Shown in pieces: positions 35,004-44,340 of a stretch of DNA of 64,000 nucleotides. Numbering within the stretch: position 1 is the first letter of the stretch; each line of letters opens with the position of its first letter. The notes below the pieces were generated by a model that ran no database searches, was not told the origin of the DNA, and saw only the letters and a program-made list of their open reading frames with translations. The stretch covers positions 6,942-70,941 of the forward strand of contig JBBSVX010000013.1 of NCBI GenBank assembly GCA_038046585.1, written 5' to 3'. The position numbers were made by a program, and so were the translations under genes. This DNA is from an archaeon (GTDB lineage Archaea > Iainarchaeota > Iainarchaeia > Iainarchaeales > JAAZKV01).

Positions 35004-38000
35004 TCATGCAAAGTCAAACAAACTCTGCTGTTTCACGCTGTCGCTTTTGAACACCGAGTTTATTTCTTTCTCTATCATGTCAAGGCGCTGTATAAGATAT
35101 GGCGACAAGTTCTCTTGTCTTGCCATGTTCTGAGCAATCTTTAAGTATTTTCGAACGGATCCTTCGTGTATTGTAAGGATGATGGAATTCTTTCCGCACT
35201 TATAGCATTTGCCTGAAATTGGTATTCGCCTGTATTTTTCGTTGCAAGTAGTGCACCTAAATGTCTGGCGCGAAAACGCGCGCGCATTTCCAATTATGTC
35301 GGGCAAAAAGTGGGAGCCCATTACTTTCTCAAGCGCATCTTTGGCATCAACAGCCATTATTTTTTTCTGTAAAGCGTTTTGGCGCTGGATCTTTTCTTCC
35401 ATGGATTTTAATTGGACATATCTTGTGGTCTTTGGGCCTTCGTCAAACAAATCTGTGTCATGGGTGAAACCCATTCCGGTATATTGAGAAGGTTTTCCAA
35501 GGGTGTCTTTCACAAGAATTATCCCATCTACTGATGGTTCGCAAACGTTCGCAGATTTTTCGTAGAGCTCTAGAGGATATTCCCAATTGATTTCCATCTT
35601 GTGCACTTCGTCATCAACCTCTATCGGATTCACAACGAGAGTGAATACAAGGGGGGCATCCATTCTGCCGCCGCTCCTATTAGCCAAATACTTGTGGGAA
35701 AAATTAAGGAGGCCGTCCATTAGTAGCATTACCGAATCCTGATCTCCATCAACGTTTCTTCTTTTTGCGCAAATAAAATAAGGGTGACCAAACCCCAAAC
35801 GAGATTTTGTGTAACCTAGTATTCTTGAGGATACTGCAGCTGAAGTGTGAGGAGCAAGGCCGAGCACGAGTTCGCCTATTAGATCCTCTTTTTTTGAGAC
35901 GTTGTAGAAGCGCGGTTCTTTGTAATATTTTTCCAATAAATCGTCAACAAATTTACTTACTCTTACAAGCCAATCTCCGCATCCGTCGTTTACGATTATA
36001 TCCTGAACAAAAATCTCTATTATTTGGTCGTCGCGGGTGATATCTTCGCCGTGAATGTCTTTCTTGTATCCAAGCGATTTTACTTTTTCAACAGTGATCC
36101 CAATTTCTTTGGGTTTGAAGTGGGTGATTGTAGCATTGAGCAGTTCAAACCTGGAAGTGCCGTCTCTGAATATGTGGATGTCGTGCTTTGCGCGGAGGAA
36201 TCCTTTTTCTATCGGCTCGGCTTCTTTTGCGTCCGATATCAATCCTTTCACTCCTTTGATAATATCTGGAGTGGATTCTATTATGTTTGATTTTGCTTCA
36301 TCAAGCATTTGCTTAATATCTATCTCAAATGTCCCTGATTCGCGGGTTTTGTTTCCACAGGAACTGCATTTTTCTCCGACAACGCTTTTTTTGCAGTGAT
36401 CGCAATATTTGAGCCGCACTGATCTTGTATTGCAAGTGCGGCAATAACTTGTAAAGAGATATTTTTTGCAAGTTGTACAATAATACTGCGCGATTTCCAC
36501 AGATATTTTTCCGGTTTCGTTGTTGCTTGGGTCAGCCGCCTTGTTTATGCTTCTCATTGGGCCTCCGCGCAAACCCAAAGGAAATAATACATGCGGATTG
36601 CCTATCATTTGTCTTGGCTTTGCCTGTTCTGGTCTGCCCATTCTTCCACCGATAAAGGACCCGGCTTTGTCACGTATCAATAAACCTGAAAGTTCGGTGA
36701 GGTTTTCTAAAATATTTTCCTTATCACTCTTAATCTCTTTTTCTTTTCCAAGGGCGAAGGTTTCGGAGAAACTCAATGCAAAATCCTCTATCACAATCTT
36801 ATTGTCCAACAATTTGTGTGGAACCCCCATTCTTTCGAACATGTGTTTTATCTCATGCTTATTTTCAAGACTGATTTTTTTTACAACCCCCGCTTCTTTT
36901 TCAAGCAGCGCTGAGTTTAGTGCAATTTTTAGTTCACTAAATTCCTTCACATTAATTGCTTTATAAAAATGAATATAACTCGGGTGAAGCGGAACCCCAA
37001 TTTCCCTTGAAATAACAATCGCTTGCGCTTCGCCAACTTTTCTAGGTTCTTTTAGGGCGAAGTCCAACCCCAAATCAGAGAGCTTTTTCTTTTTTGTTTC
37101 ATCAAGAGAAATCGCTTTTTTAAGTTCAAGTACCCACCACTCTTCATTGTATCCAGCAGGTATGAGAGGATGCGCAGTTTTTTTGAAATCTCCGTAAGGG
37201 ATTAACAGGTCCCCTAAATAAATTATTTTGTCGAGCATCGCCTTGACTTCTTCCGCTCTTGCCATCGTGTTTATTCTTTCAACAGAGCCGTCTTTCATTA
37301 AGATTATGGGCCCATCAATAGTAGTGCAAGGAAAAAATTGCGTTGCTTTTCCCGGTCGTTCTATTCTTCCGTGGGTTCCAACCGCCAAAAATTCGTCAGT
37401 GAGAATCATTGTTGCGGGGCTAATCGCTTTTGCCATTATCCCTGTATTTCTTGCTCTCCCGTATCTTACTCTAAACCCACCCCACTGGCTCGGGTAAGCA
37501 AAGATTGGTCTCCCTGCGGCGAGTCTTTCAAGATAACTCTTATTTGGCTTTACTTCGATTTTTGTCTGGGTTTTTTCTACTTTGACAATTTTTTCCAAAA
37601 AATTCCAATCAAGGCCCAGTTCTTTCGCAGTTTCCATTACCCATAAGGCTTTGAGAGCTAATCCTTCTGCGACAACAAGCCCCATTCCGCCCCTGATTCT
37701 GTTTGTTGGAATTCGCGGAAGATCCCTATGCGCCGCCACTTCAAGCTCTTCGGTTGGAACACCGTTAATGCAAACTGGGCAATTATTTATGATGATTCTT
37801 ATCTCATCGTCTTTCATTGTGTATTGTCTTGAGATTACTTCTGTTTGGTAAAGCCCGATTTCTTCTACGTATCTTTCCACTTCGTCTTGTGTCGGCTTGT
37901 AACGATCAATGCCCAAAAATTTTCTCGCATAATCCGCAAGGATTAGCGGTATTACTGTTGATGATCCGCCTGCTGCCCTAATTGGGCCTGCAAAGTATAT

Positions 38001-38459
38001 GTCAATGTAACGGCTTCCGTCAGGGTTTTTGTTTATCTCAACTTTTGGTACTCCGTCAAGTGGTGCTACAACAACTCCTTCAGTTTCAATCAAAAGGCAT
38101 GTCTTGATTGCGGTTTCCACTCTTTTTTGTTCATCTGGGATTTTCCAGTCGCGCTGTTCAAGCATTTCTTTGAACAATTGGAAGTATGCTTTTCTCCTGT
38201 TTTTTTGATCAACAGTTATTTCACGAAATCTTTTTGCGAGTCCCGCAAGACCTATGATGGTTTCTGCTCTGTCTGCTAAGTCGAGCGCCGGCATTATTTC
38301 GACTTCGTCAGAAGTGTCAAATCCTTTTATTTTCGCTTTTTGTGCTGCGAGAAAAGCCGTTCTTGCTTTTGACTGCATGTGAACAAAATAATCTTTCACA
38401 TATGGTTCGCAGGGGAGAGTGATTTCTTTTGTTAATAGTTCGATTGCTTTTTCACTCAT
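35004..38459 (-). CDS. polD2: DNA polymerase II (PolD) large catalytic subunit DP2
   Basis: 1151 aa with Cys4 clusters (CTTCKKYLFTSYCRTCN...CDHCKK...CSSCG) and the DP2-specific C-terminal Zn-III (FRCTTCNEKYRRIPISGKCYKCGKNS). It overlaps the DP1 gene by 8 nt. Confidence 0.95.
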   Translation of the reverse strand: MSEKAIELLTKEITLPCEPYVKDYFVHMQSKARTAFLAAQKAKIKGFDTSDEVEIMPALDLADRAETIIGLAGLAKRFREITVDQKNRRKAYFQLFKEMLEQRDWKIPDEQKRVETAIKTCLLIETEGVVVAPLDGVPKVEINKNPDGSRYIDIYFAGPIRAAGGSSTVIPLILADYARKFLGIDRYKPTQDEVERYVEEIGLYQTEVISRQYTMKDDEIRIIINNCPVCINGVPTEELEVAAHRDLPRIPTNRIRGGMGLVVAEGLALKALWVMETAKELGLDWNFLEKIVKVEKTQTKIEVKPNKSYLERLAAGRPIFAYPSQWGGFRVRYGRARNTGIMAKAISPATMILTDEFLAVGTHGRIERPGKATQFFPCTTIDGPIILMKDGSVERINTMARAEEVKAMLDKIIYLGDLLIPYGDFKKTAHPLIPAGYNEEWWVLELKKAISLDETKKKKLSDLGLDFALKEPRKVGEAQAIVISREIGVPLHPSYIHFYKAINVKEFSELKIALNSALLEKEAGVVKKISLENKHEIKHMFERMGVPHKLLDNKIVIEDFALSFSETFALGKEKEIKSDKENILENLTELSGLLIRDKAGSFIGGRMGRPEQAKPRQMIGNPHVLFPLGLRGGPMRSINKAADPSNNETGKISVEIAQYYCTTCKKYLFTSYCRTCNTRSVRLKYCDHCKKSVVGEKCSSCGNKTRESGTFEIDIKQMLDEAKSNIIESTPDIIKGVKGLISDAKEAEPIEKGFLRAKHDIHIFRDGTSRFELLNATITHFKPKEIGITVEKVKSLGYKKDIHGEDITRDDQIIEIFVQDIIVNDGCGDWLVRVSKFVDDLLEKYYKEPRFYNVSKKEDLIGELVLGLAPHTSAAVSSRILGYTKSRLGFGHPYFICAKRRNVDGDQDSVMLLMDGLLNFSHKYLANRSGGRMDAPLVFTLVVNPIEVDDEVHKMEINWEYPLELYEKSANVCEPSVDGIILVKDTLGKPSQYTGMGFTHDTDLFDEGPKTTRYVQLKSMEEKIQRQNALQKKIMAVDAKDALEKVMGSHFLPDIIGNARAFSRQTFRCTTCNEKYRRIPISGKCYKCGKNSIILTIHEGSVRKYLKIAQNMARQENLSPYLIQRLDMIEKEINSVFKSDSVKQQSLFDFA

Positions 38460-39984
38460 TTATCTCACGCTCCACAGGGTCGCGCAAGAAATGCGTTTCA
38501 GTTATTTTTCTTGTTGCAAGATTAATTGTTGAAAATATGCAAGGGGTTGGGTTGTGGCCCATTTTTTTCTGAAAATCTGATTGTGCTTCCCAAGTGCCGG
38601 AATTGATTATGCTTGTTCCGCGATACATTGCATATCCGTTGTGGTGCATATCGCCGAAGAATACCAAATCGGGCTCTTCCTTTATTACCATATAATCTTT
38701 CTTTTCGGGAACGTAAGGATTTTTGCCGCCGTACTTTGGCATGAGGTCGCGCTTCTTTAGTAGCTCAACCATTCCGTCCTGCGGCTTTGACATTTCAAGA
38801 AAACTCACAGAACTTATTAAGTCGTGAACGCTCGGCCCGTGGTACACCAAAACTTTTAGTCCTTCAATTTCAACCCATGATGGGGAAGCGATGAAGTGGA
38901 AATTTTTTAATTTGCTTAGTCTTGGAACGAATTCTTTGTCTATTGCAGGCTGTGGTTCGGCCCTTCTAACGGCATCATGCTGGCCGGGGCAGATAAAGAC
39001 TTGGATATATTCAGGAATTCTTAGCATCAAATCTTCAAACACTTTGTATTGCCCGTAAACATCTTTTATCACAAGTTCGTCGTACTGACCCGGGTACACT
39101 CCGATTCCTGCAACGTTATCCCCCGTAACAAACAAGTATTGTATTTTGCCCACTCTTTCAAGCTGGGCGGGGGTTAGCCCTTGTCCGTTAATATAGTCAA
39201 GAAATTTTATGAATTGTTCTTCATAGAAAAGTTTTGATCCTATGTGAAGATCTGAAATCGCCCCGACTATCACTTCATCTCTTATAGTCTTAGGAGGTCT
39301 TATTGGCAAATCAGGCCAATAAATTTCTTTTACTAAAACAAGTTCTCCTTTCTTTGAGCCTTTAACTCCGACAACATTGTCTTCTAATATTCTTTCGGCT
39401 TTTCTTATCATTTCTCGATCCGATTCCATCACTAGCGCTATGCATTTGCCGGTCATGTCTTCTATCTCGTATGCAGTGTGTCCCTTTTTTGTTATCCATT
39501 TTCTGTTTACTATCCCAATGACGTCCACCATCTGATTGTCGGGTCTTTTTAGCAATACTTCCACTGTGACAGGTGAAAGATTGTGTCTTGATTTTAGCAT
39601 TCCTGAAAGTATCTCAAACTTGCTTCTAAACAGTCTCAAAAAGTCCTGCACAGTTCCTTCAGAATTGCTTTGCCCGGTGACATCATATTCTTCCATCACA
39701 TGGAAATTTGGAGGGCGATCTCTTGCTTGAGAAGCGAATGACGCTTTTTTCACTTCAATTTCCACCGAAGCAGAATCAAGTTTTGTGTGCGTCAGTTTTT
39801 TTTCAAGAATTGAAAGCTCTACTACAAAGTGCCCTTCAGCTATAAGTTCATCGATGATTTTTTGCCAATCTTCTTTTTTTGAGAGAAGTTCGGCGGATTC
39901 TTTTGAAATAATTATGCCTTTTTTTTCAGCGTATGTGAGAATGTCTTGCATGCCTTCACTGCTCGTTGCTTTGTGCGCATTCAT
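38452..39984 (-). CDS. polD1: DNA polymerase II (PolD) small subunit DP1 (calcineurin-like phosphoesterase / 3'-5' exonuclease)
   Basis: Phosphoesterase motifs (GDNVAGIGVYPGQ, FICPGQHD, FFGDMHHNG), an OB domain, and a DP1 N-terminal region. It is in an operon with DP2. Confidence 0.9.
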   Translation of the reverse strand: MNAHKATSSEGMQDILTYAEKKGIIISKESAELLSKKEDWQKIIDELIAEGHFVVELSILEKKLTHTKLDSASVEIEVKKASFASQARDRPPNFHVMEEYDVTGQSNSEGTVQDFLRLFRSKFEILSGMLKSRHNLSPVTVEVLLKRPDNQMVDVIGIVNRKWITKKGHTAYEIEDMTGKCIALVMESDREMIRKAERILEDNVVGVKGSKKGELVLVKEIYWPDLPIRPPKTIRDEVIVGAISDLHIGSKLFYEEQFIKFLDYINGQGLTPAQLERVGKIQYLFVTGDNVAGIGVYPGQYDELVIKDVYGQYKVFEDLMLRIPEYIQVFICPGQHDAVRRAEPQPAIDKEFVPRLSKLKNFHFIASPSWVEIEGLKVLVYHGPSVHDLISSVSFLEMSKPQDGMVELLKKRDLMPKYGGKNPYVPEKKDYMVIKEEPDLVFFGDMHHNGYAMYRGTSIINSGTWEAQSDFQKKMGHNPTPCIFSTINLATRKITETHFLRDPVEREINE

Positions 39985-40035
39985 TTACGCCGAGTGAGGC
40001 CCTAAAAAGAGATTTAGCCTTTTGTAATCTTTTTG

Positions 40036-40284
40036 TCACTTCATCTTTTCTTTCGCTGCTTCGATGAGTGAGATAGCGTGCCATATGTCCGTTCTTGTAT
40101 GGTCCGGCATATTGACATCGTTACTGATATCATCGAGGAAATATATCGCTTCGCTAAGCGTTGTGACATTGTTAGATGTTATTTTTTTTGCGGCTTCTTC
40201 TACTTTTGCCCTGATGTTCCTAGGAACTCCTCTATCGTTGAGAATCTCGTTTAAGATAGATGTTATTTCTTCGTTCATATTCAC
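40036..40284 (-). CDS. UPF0147 family small conserved archaeal protein
   Basis: 82 aa: ...ILNEILNDRGVPRNIRAKVEEAAKKI...FLDDISNDVNMPDHTRTDIWHAISLIEAA matches the UPF0147 pattern (VPRNIRR...QDPNMPLHTRT.IW). Confidence 0.7.
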   Translation of the reverse strand: MNMNEEITSILNEILNDRGVPRNIRAKVEEAAKKITSNNVTTLSEAIYFLDDISNDVNMPDHTRTDIWHAISLIEAAKEKMK

Positions 40285-40432
40285 ACCAGCACCCGGCGAA
40301 AAAATGAATTATCATTCGCCTTCAGCTAAAACAGATAGGGGGCAAAAAGCCTTATAAACAAGGGCTTAATTAGATAAAATTGTGCAAATTTGCCCGGAAA
40401 AATGTTATAAACAAGTAAAGCCTCATTAGTGC

Positions 40433-41094
40433 ATGAAAAAAAGAAGAAATGAAACTATGCCCGCGCAAAATGAAATTATGCCTGCCCACAAATTATTTGC
40501 CGGACTGATGCGCAAAGTACTAATCAAACCTTTCTTCAAAGCACTTTTCGGCTACAAGTACCCCAAGCTCACCCTAATGATGATATCCATAGTATTTGCA
40601 TATCTCACTTTTAGCGACCCTAACATGGTGAACTACCTTTCGCACTTAAATGATCTGAGCTATTTGGGAGTTCTGTTTGGAGGATTGCTTTTTTCTTTCG
40701 GATTCACTTCCCCTTTTGCAGCAGGAATTTTTCTCGAAATTAGCCCCCAAATATACTCCTTGCAGCCATTATTGGCGGGCTTGGGGCGGCCGCAGGAGAC
40801 ATGCTGATATTCCCTGTGGTGCGAATCTCTTTCCAAAAAGAAATAAATCGCGTGAAGAGACACTTCGTGCTTAAGACTCTAAACCATGCAATCGAATGGA
40901 GCCTTGGAAAAAGGCTAAAGCACTACCTGATGTGGATTTTTGCGGGAATCTTAATAGCTTCCCCTTGGCTACCTGACGAAGCGGGAATGACTGTGCTTTC
41001 AGGACTGACAAAAATTAAACCCCTAACACTCGCAATACTTTGCTTTGTGCTTAACACGCTCGGAATATTTATCCTGCTCGTAGCCCCATTATGA
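40433..41094 (+). pseudogene. Membrane protein gene split by a frameshift at a C5 homopolymer (track ORFs 40433..40807 and 40801..41094)
   Basis: Frame 2 reads ...FAAGIFLEISPQ... into a stop, while frame 1 reads cleanly from just after the CCCCC run at 40744-40748 (PPNILLAAIIGGLGAAAGDMLIFPV...). The two halves together make one about 220-aa polytopic membrane protein. Confidence 0.4.
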
Positions 41095-41099
41095 ATGGG

Positions 41100-41714
41100 C
41101 TACTTAATCACAATTATTCTGTCTGTGACCAAGTGAGTCGCATATCCTAGCGCCCCCAATAATGCAAAGAATAATGCATCCCACCACGTAAAAAATACAA
41201 GCAGACCCACTACAAATAAAAATGCAGAAAATATGAGCATAGAATTTGTCCTATGAAAATATTTGTAAGGCATATGCAGAGGTTTTATCTTTTCAGAAAG
41301 CATATAATATATTATAATTGGCGCAAACAAGAGCACTATCACTCGCTGAAGGCGGGTCGCATACTTAGAGGGCGCCCTTTCATTAAAGAAGCTGTCTAAA
41401 TCAATCATGAAGGCAGCATAGAAGAATATTGCAACACCAAATATTGTGGGGCTCAAACGAAACCTTTCAAACACACATATGTTCAGCACCGCATGGAATA
41501 TTATTATAGGAAGGATAACTCTCACAAAAACCCATATGGCAAAATCCTTATGCTCAAGAAACTCGCCCAATACTTTCTCAAAGGTTGCAAATCCCGGAAG
41601 ATGGCTCGTCATGTCAGAGAAAAATTTGTTCATTTGACCGAAGGCATTCTTTTTCTTTTTCATATAATTAATAGAACAAAGAAATATATAATTGTTTTCA
41701 TAAAAAGGTTTCAT
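41100..41714 (-). CDS. Membrane-bound metal-dependent hydrolase family protein (DUF457/YdjM-like)
   Basis: Polytopic membrane protein with the DUF457-like His pattern (MTSHLPG..., IIFHAVLN, GYATHLVTDRI). The ATG overlaps the Nog1 stop (ATGA); the internal Met at 41612 is an alternative start. Confidence 0.55.
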   Translation of the reverse strand: MKPFYENNYIFLCSINYMKKKKNAFGQMNKFFSDMTSHLPGFATFEKVLGEFLEHKDFAIWVFVRVILPIIIFHAVLNICVFERFRLSPTIFGVAIFFYAAFMIDLDSFFNERAPSKYATRLQRVIVLLFAPIIIYYMLSEKIKPLHMPYKYFHRTNSMLIFSAFLFVVGLLVFFTWWDALFFALLGALGYATHLVTDRIIVIK

Positions 41715-42679
41715 TTCTTTGTAAGTTCTGTTTTAAGAGCATCAAGCCCTTTTCCTTCAAGTATTGTAAAGTGATCGGCGAACTTTTCCTTAGCATCTTC
41801 TATTTGCTTGGGGTTTGCAATGTCGGTTTTGTTAATCACTACAATAAATCCTTGAGTGGTGAAAAGCTTTTTCATTTCCTCTAAAAGATTTCTTTGAATT
41901 TCAAGATCGTCAAGCGGATCTACCACAAAAAGAACGGTGCCTTTGAGATGTTGGAGCGCAGCAATCGCCTTTAGTTCAATCTTATTTCTTGCGTGAAGCG
42001 GCCTGTCTAAAAGTCCTGGGGTGTCTATCACTTGAACAGGCATGTATTTTCTCTGGAAATATCCAACGTTAAGTCCTTTTGTTGTGAAAGGATATGCTGC
42101 AACTTCCGGTTTTGACTCGGTCACTTTTGAAAGCAAAGTGCTTTTTCCAACATTAGGAAACCCCGCCAAAATGTAAGTGTCATTCTTTGAGTCAATGCTT
42201 GGAAGCTCTTTTAGTTTTCTCACGTTGTCGTTGTATCTGTCTATTGGACCTTTGAGCCCGTCTATTAGGGAAGAAACTCTTCCAATGTATTGGTGGGTTA
42301 TTTTTTTCGCAACTTTATCAGCGCCGTTTGAAAACTTTAATTCTTTCATTTTTACTAAACTCTCTCTTCTAACTCTCATAACTAATTTTGTTACCGAGTA
42401 AATGCTTGAAAGCGCTTTTTTTACGTCATCAATATCGATTATGCAAGTGTAAAGGTCGTAGTAAAACGGTTCAAGTTTTTCAATACTAGGGAATTCTTTC
42501 ACGGTTTTTTCAAGTACTTCTTCAATGTACGCTGCGGAGGCGTCAATAAAAGCCATTTCTTTCCCCTTGATTGTGTAAAAGGAAGTTTTTTGCTGAGGGT
42601 AGAGCGAAGAGTTCTTTCTTCCCCTGTTGAATGCCGCGTCAATTAATACCTGCGGTTTTTCCAGATGTTTCAAGCTCAT
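41711..42679 (-). CDS. NOG1-family GTPase (archaeal Nog1 homologue)
   Basis: G1 (GFPNVGKST), G2 T in FTTKGLNVGY, G3 (DTPGLLDRP) and G4 (NKTD), plus the N-terminal NOG1 helical region. Confidence 0.8.
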   Translation of the reverse strand: MSLKHLEKPQVLIDAAFNRGRKNSSLYPQQKTSFYTIKGKEMAFIDASAAYIEEVLEKTVKEFPSIEKLEPFYYDLYTCIIDIDDVKKALSSIYSVTKLVMRVRRESLVKMKELKFSNGADKVAKKITHQYIGRVSSLIDGLKGPIDRYNDNVRKLKELPSIDSKNDTYILAGFPNVGKSTLLSKVTESKPEVAAYPFTTKGLNVGYFQRKYMPVQVIDTPGLLDRPLHARNKIELKAIAALQHLKGTVLFVVDPLDDLEIQRNLLEEMKKLFTTQGFIVVINKTDIANPKQIEDAKEKFADHFTILEGKGLDALKTELTKK

Positions 42680-42708
42680 TTTTTATCCCTTCAAAATCTC
42701 AATTATAA

Positions 42709-43197
42709 TTATTTTTTTCCTTTGCCTTCATTTCTTTTTTGCTCGAATTCCTTTATTATTTCCCTAAACAATGCTGGTCTTTCTTGCCTTATTTCTCGCA
42801 TAACTTCAGGATACTGATTGATTGCAAGCTTTACATACTTCAGGTCATATCTTGCGCCAAGAGAACCCCTGTCTCTCTCCGCAAATCTTTCCAAAAATCT
42901 AAGGATAGACATCTTCGCTGCCTGCTTGTCCTCTTTTCTCGCTTTCTTTTCAACCAAAAGTTTTGCTTTCAGTAGAACCGCCGACTTTTTGCCTTTCTGT
43001 GCCTGTTCTTGTCTAAGTTTGTTTATTGCCTTTTCTTTCTCTTGTTTAGCCAAGTATTCTTGTCCGGCTTTGCTTTCAAAAAACATCAATTTGCCTATTT
43101 CTTCCTTCTGCAAGGAAGTAAGTCCAGGCCGATATTTGCTCTTTCTTTGAGCCCTATCCCTTACAGTCTTTGGCAAATGAGATTTTCTCACAGGCAT
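42709..43197 (-). CDS. Lys/Arg-rich hypothetical protein (possible ribosome/RNA-associated)
   Basis: 162 aa, highly basic, coiled-coil-like, downstream of Nog1; no specific family recognised. Confidence 0.45.
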   Translation of the reverse strand: MPVRKSHLPKTVRDRAQRKSKYRPGLTSLQKEEIGKLMFFESKAGQEYLAKQEKEKAINKLRQEQAQKGKKSAVLLKAKLLVEKKARKEDKQAAKMSILRFLERFAERDRGSLGARYDLKYVKLAINQYPEVMREIRQERPALFREIIKEFEQKRNEGKGKK

Positions 43198-43272
43198 AAC
43201 ATATTTAAGGGTTAGCCAGGTTTTTAATCTATACTAAGCACTTATTTGTGAGAAAAGCGCTTTAAGAAAGCA

Positions 43273-44340
43273 TTGGTTAAAGTTGGTTTTATGAAAGACT
43301 TTTACGGCAAGGATTACAAGAAAATGATGATAATCCCGCTCATAATGCTACTACCCATGCTATTTTTGATATTTGTTTTTCCGGGCGTATCACCAGGAAC
43401 TGATCTTACTGGAGGAAACGTAATAATCGTTCGCTCCGAATCAGCAATTACCGATATACAAATCAAGGACGCTCTCGCAGAATTCTCTTTACCTGAACTG
43501 AAGGTTTCAACAATTGCTTCCCCAACCGGGTTTGGGGCATGGATATCATACAGCAAGGATCCAAAAGTTACTCAAGTAGAAGATCTTCTTTCAAAGGCCG
43601 AAACAAGTATTGACACTGATGCTGACTCTATTGCATTTTCAAATCAGGCGCTTATAGTTCTTGGAAAACCAGAACAGCAATTTGCAAACGCAAAACTTGC
43701 AATGATTGCGGCACAGGATGCGCTTGCGGCTTACAAGGAAAATTTCTCGCAGAAACTGCAGGACACACTCACAACAAAACTTAGCCTCGGGGAAAATGCA
43801 GAATTTCAGAAGAGAGAAGTTTCTCCGACTCTTGGCGGAGCAACAATGCAATCCTCAATATTCATGGTACTTTTAGGATTTGTACTAATTACAATAATAG
43901 TTTTCATTTCATTCAGACAATTCATACCTTCCGTTGCAATAATACAAGCGATGACTTTCGATGTAATAGCAGGAGTAGCGGGAATGGCAATACTCAATAT
44001 ACCTCTTTCACTAACAACTCTCCCAGCGCTTTTGATGTTAATCGGGTACTCGGTTGACACTGATATTATGCTTACTTCAAGAGTACTAAAAGGAAAGGAC
44101 GGAACTCCTGCTTCAAGAGCGTCATCTTCTGTTTTGACTGGATTGACTATGAGCGGAACAACAATAGTTGCACTTCTAGCGATGCTTGTAATTTCCTATT
44201 TTTACCAAATAGAAGTTATTTACCAAATCTCAGCAATATTACTCTTCGGACTCATAGGAGACGTAATCTCCACTTGGTTAATGAACGGACCTATACTATT
44301 ATGGTTCATGGAAAAGAAAGAAAAGGGTGAATTCAAATGA
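43273..44340 (+). CDS. secF: Protein-export membrane protein SecF (SecDF family, smaller subunit)
   Basis: N-terminal TM, periplasmic domain with TDLTGGNVIIV, and a C-terminal 5-TM RND-like bundle. ATGA overlap with the next gene. The F/D assignment rests on size and the usual archaeal secF-secD order. Confidence 0.65.
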   Translation: MVKVGFMKDFYGKDYKKMMIIPLIMLLPMLFLIFVFPGVSPGTDLTGGNVIIVRSESAITDIQIKDALAEFSLPELKVSTIASPTGFGAWISYSKDPKVTQVEDLLSKAETSIDTDADSIAFSNQALIVLGKPEQQFANAKLAMIAAQDALAAYKENFSQKLQDTLTTKLSLGENAEFQKREVSPTLGGATMQSSIFMVLLGFVLITIIVFISFRQFIPSVAIIQAMTFDVIAGVAGMAILNIPLSLTTLPALLMLIGYSVDTDIMLTSRVLKGKDGTPASRASSSVLTGLTMSGTTIVALLAMLVISYFYQIEVIYQISAILLFGLIGDVISTWLMNGPILLWFMEKKEKGEFK

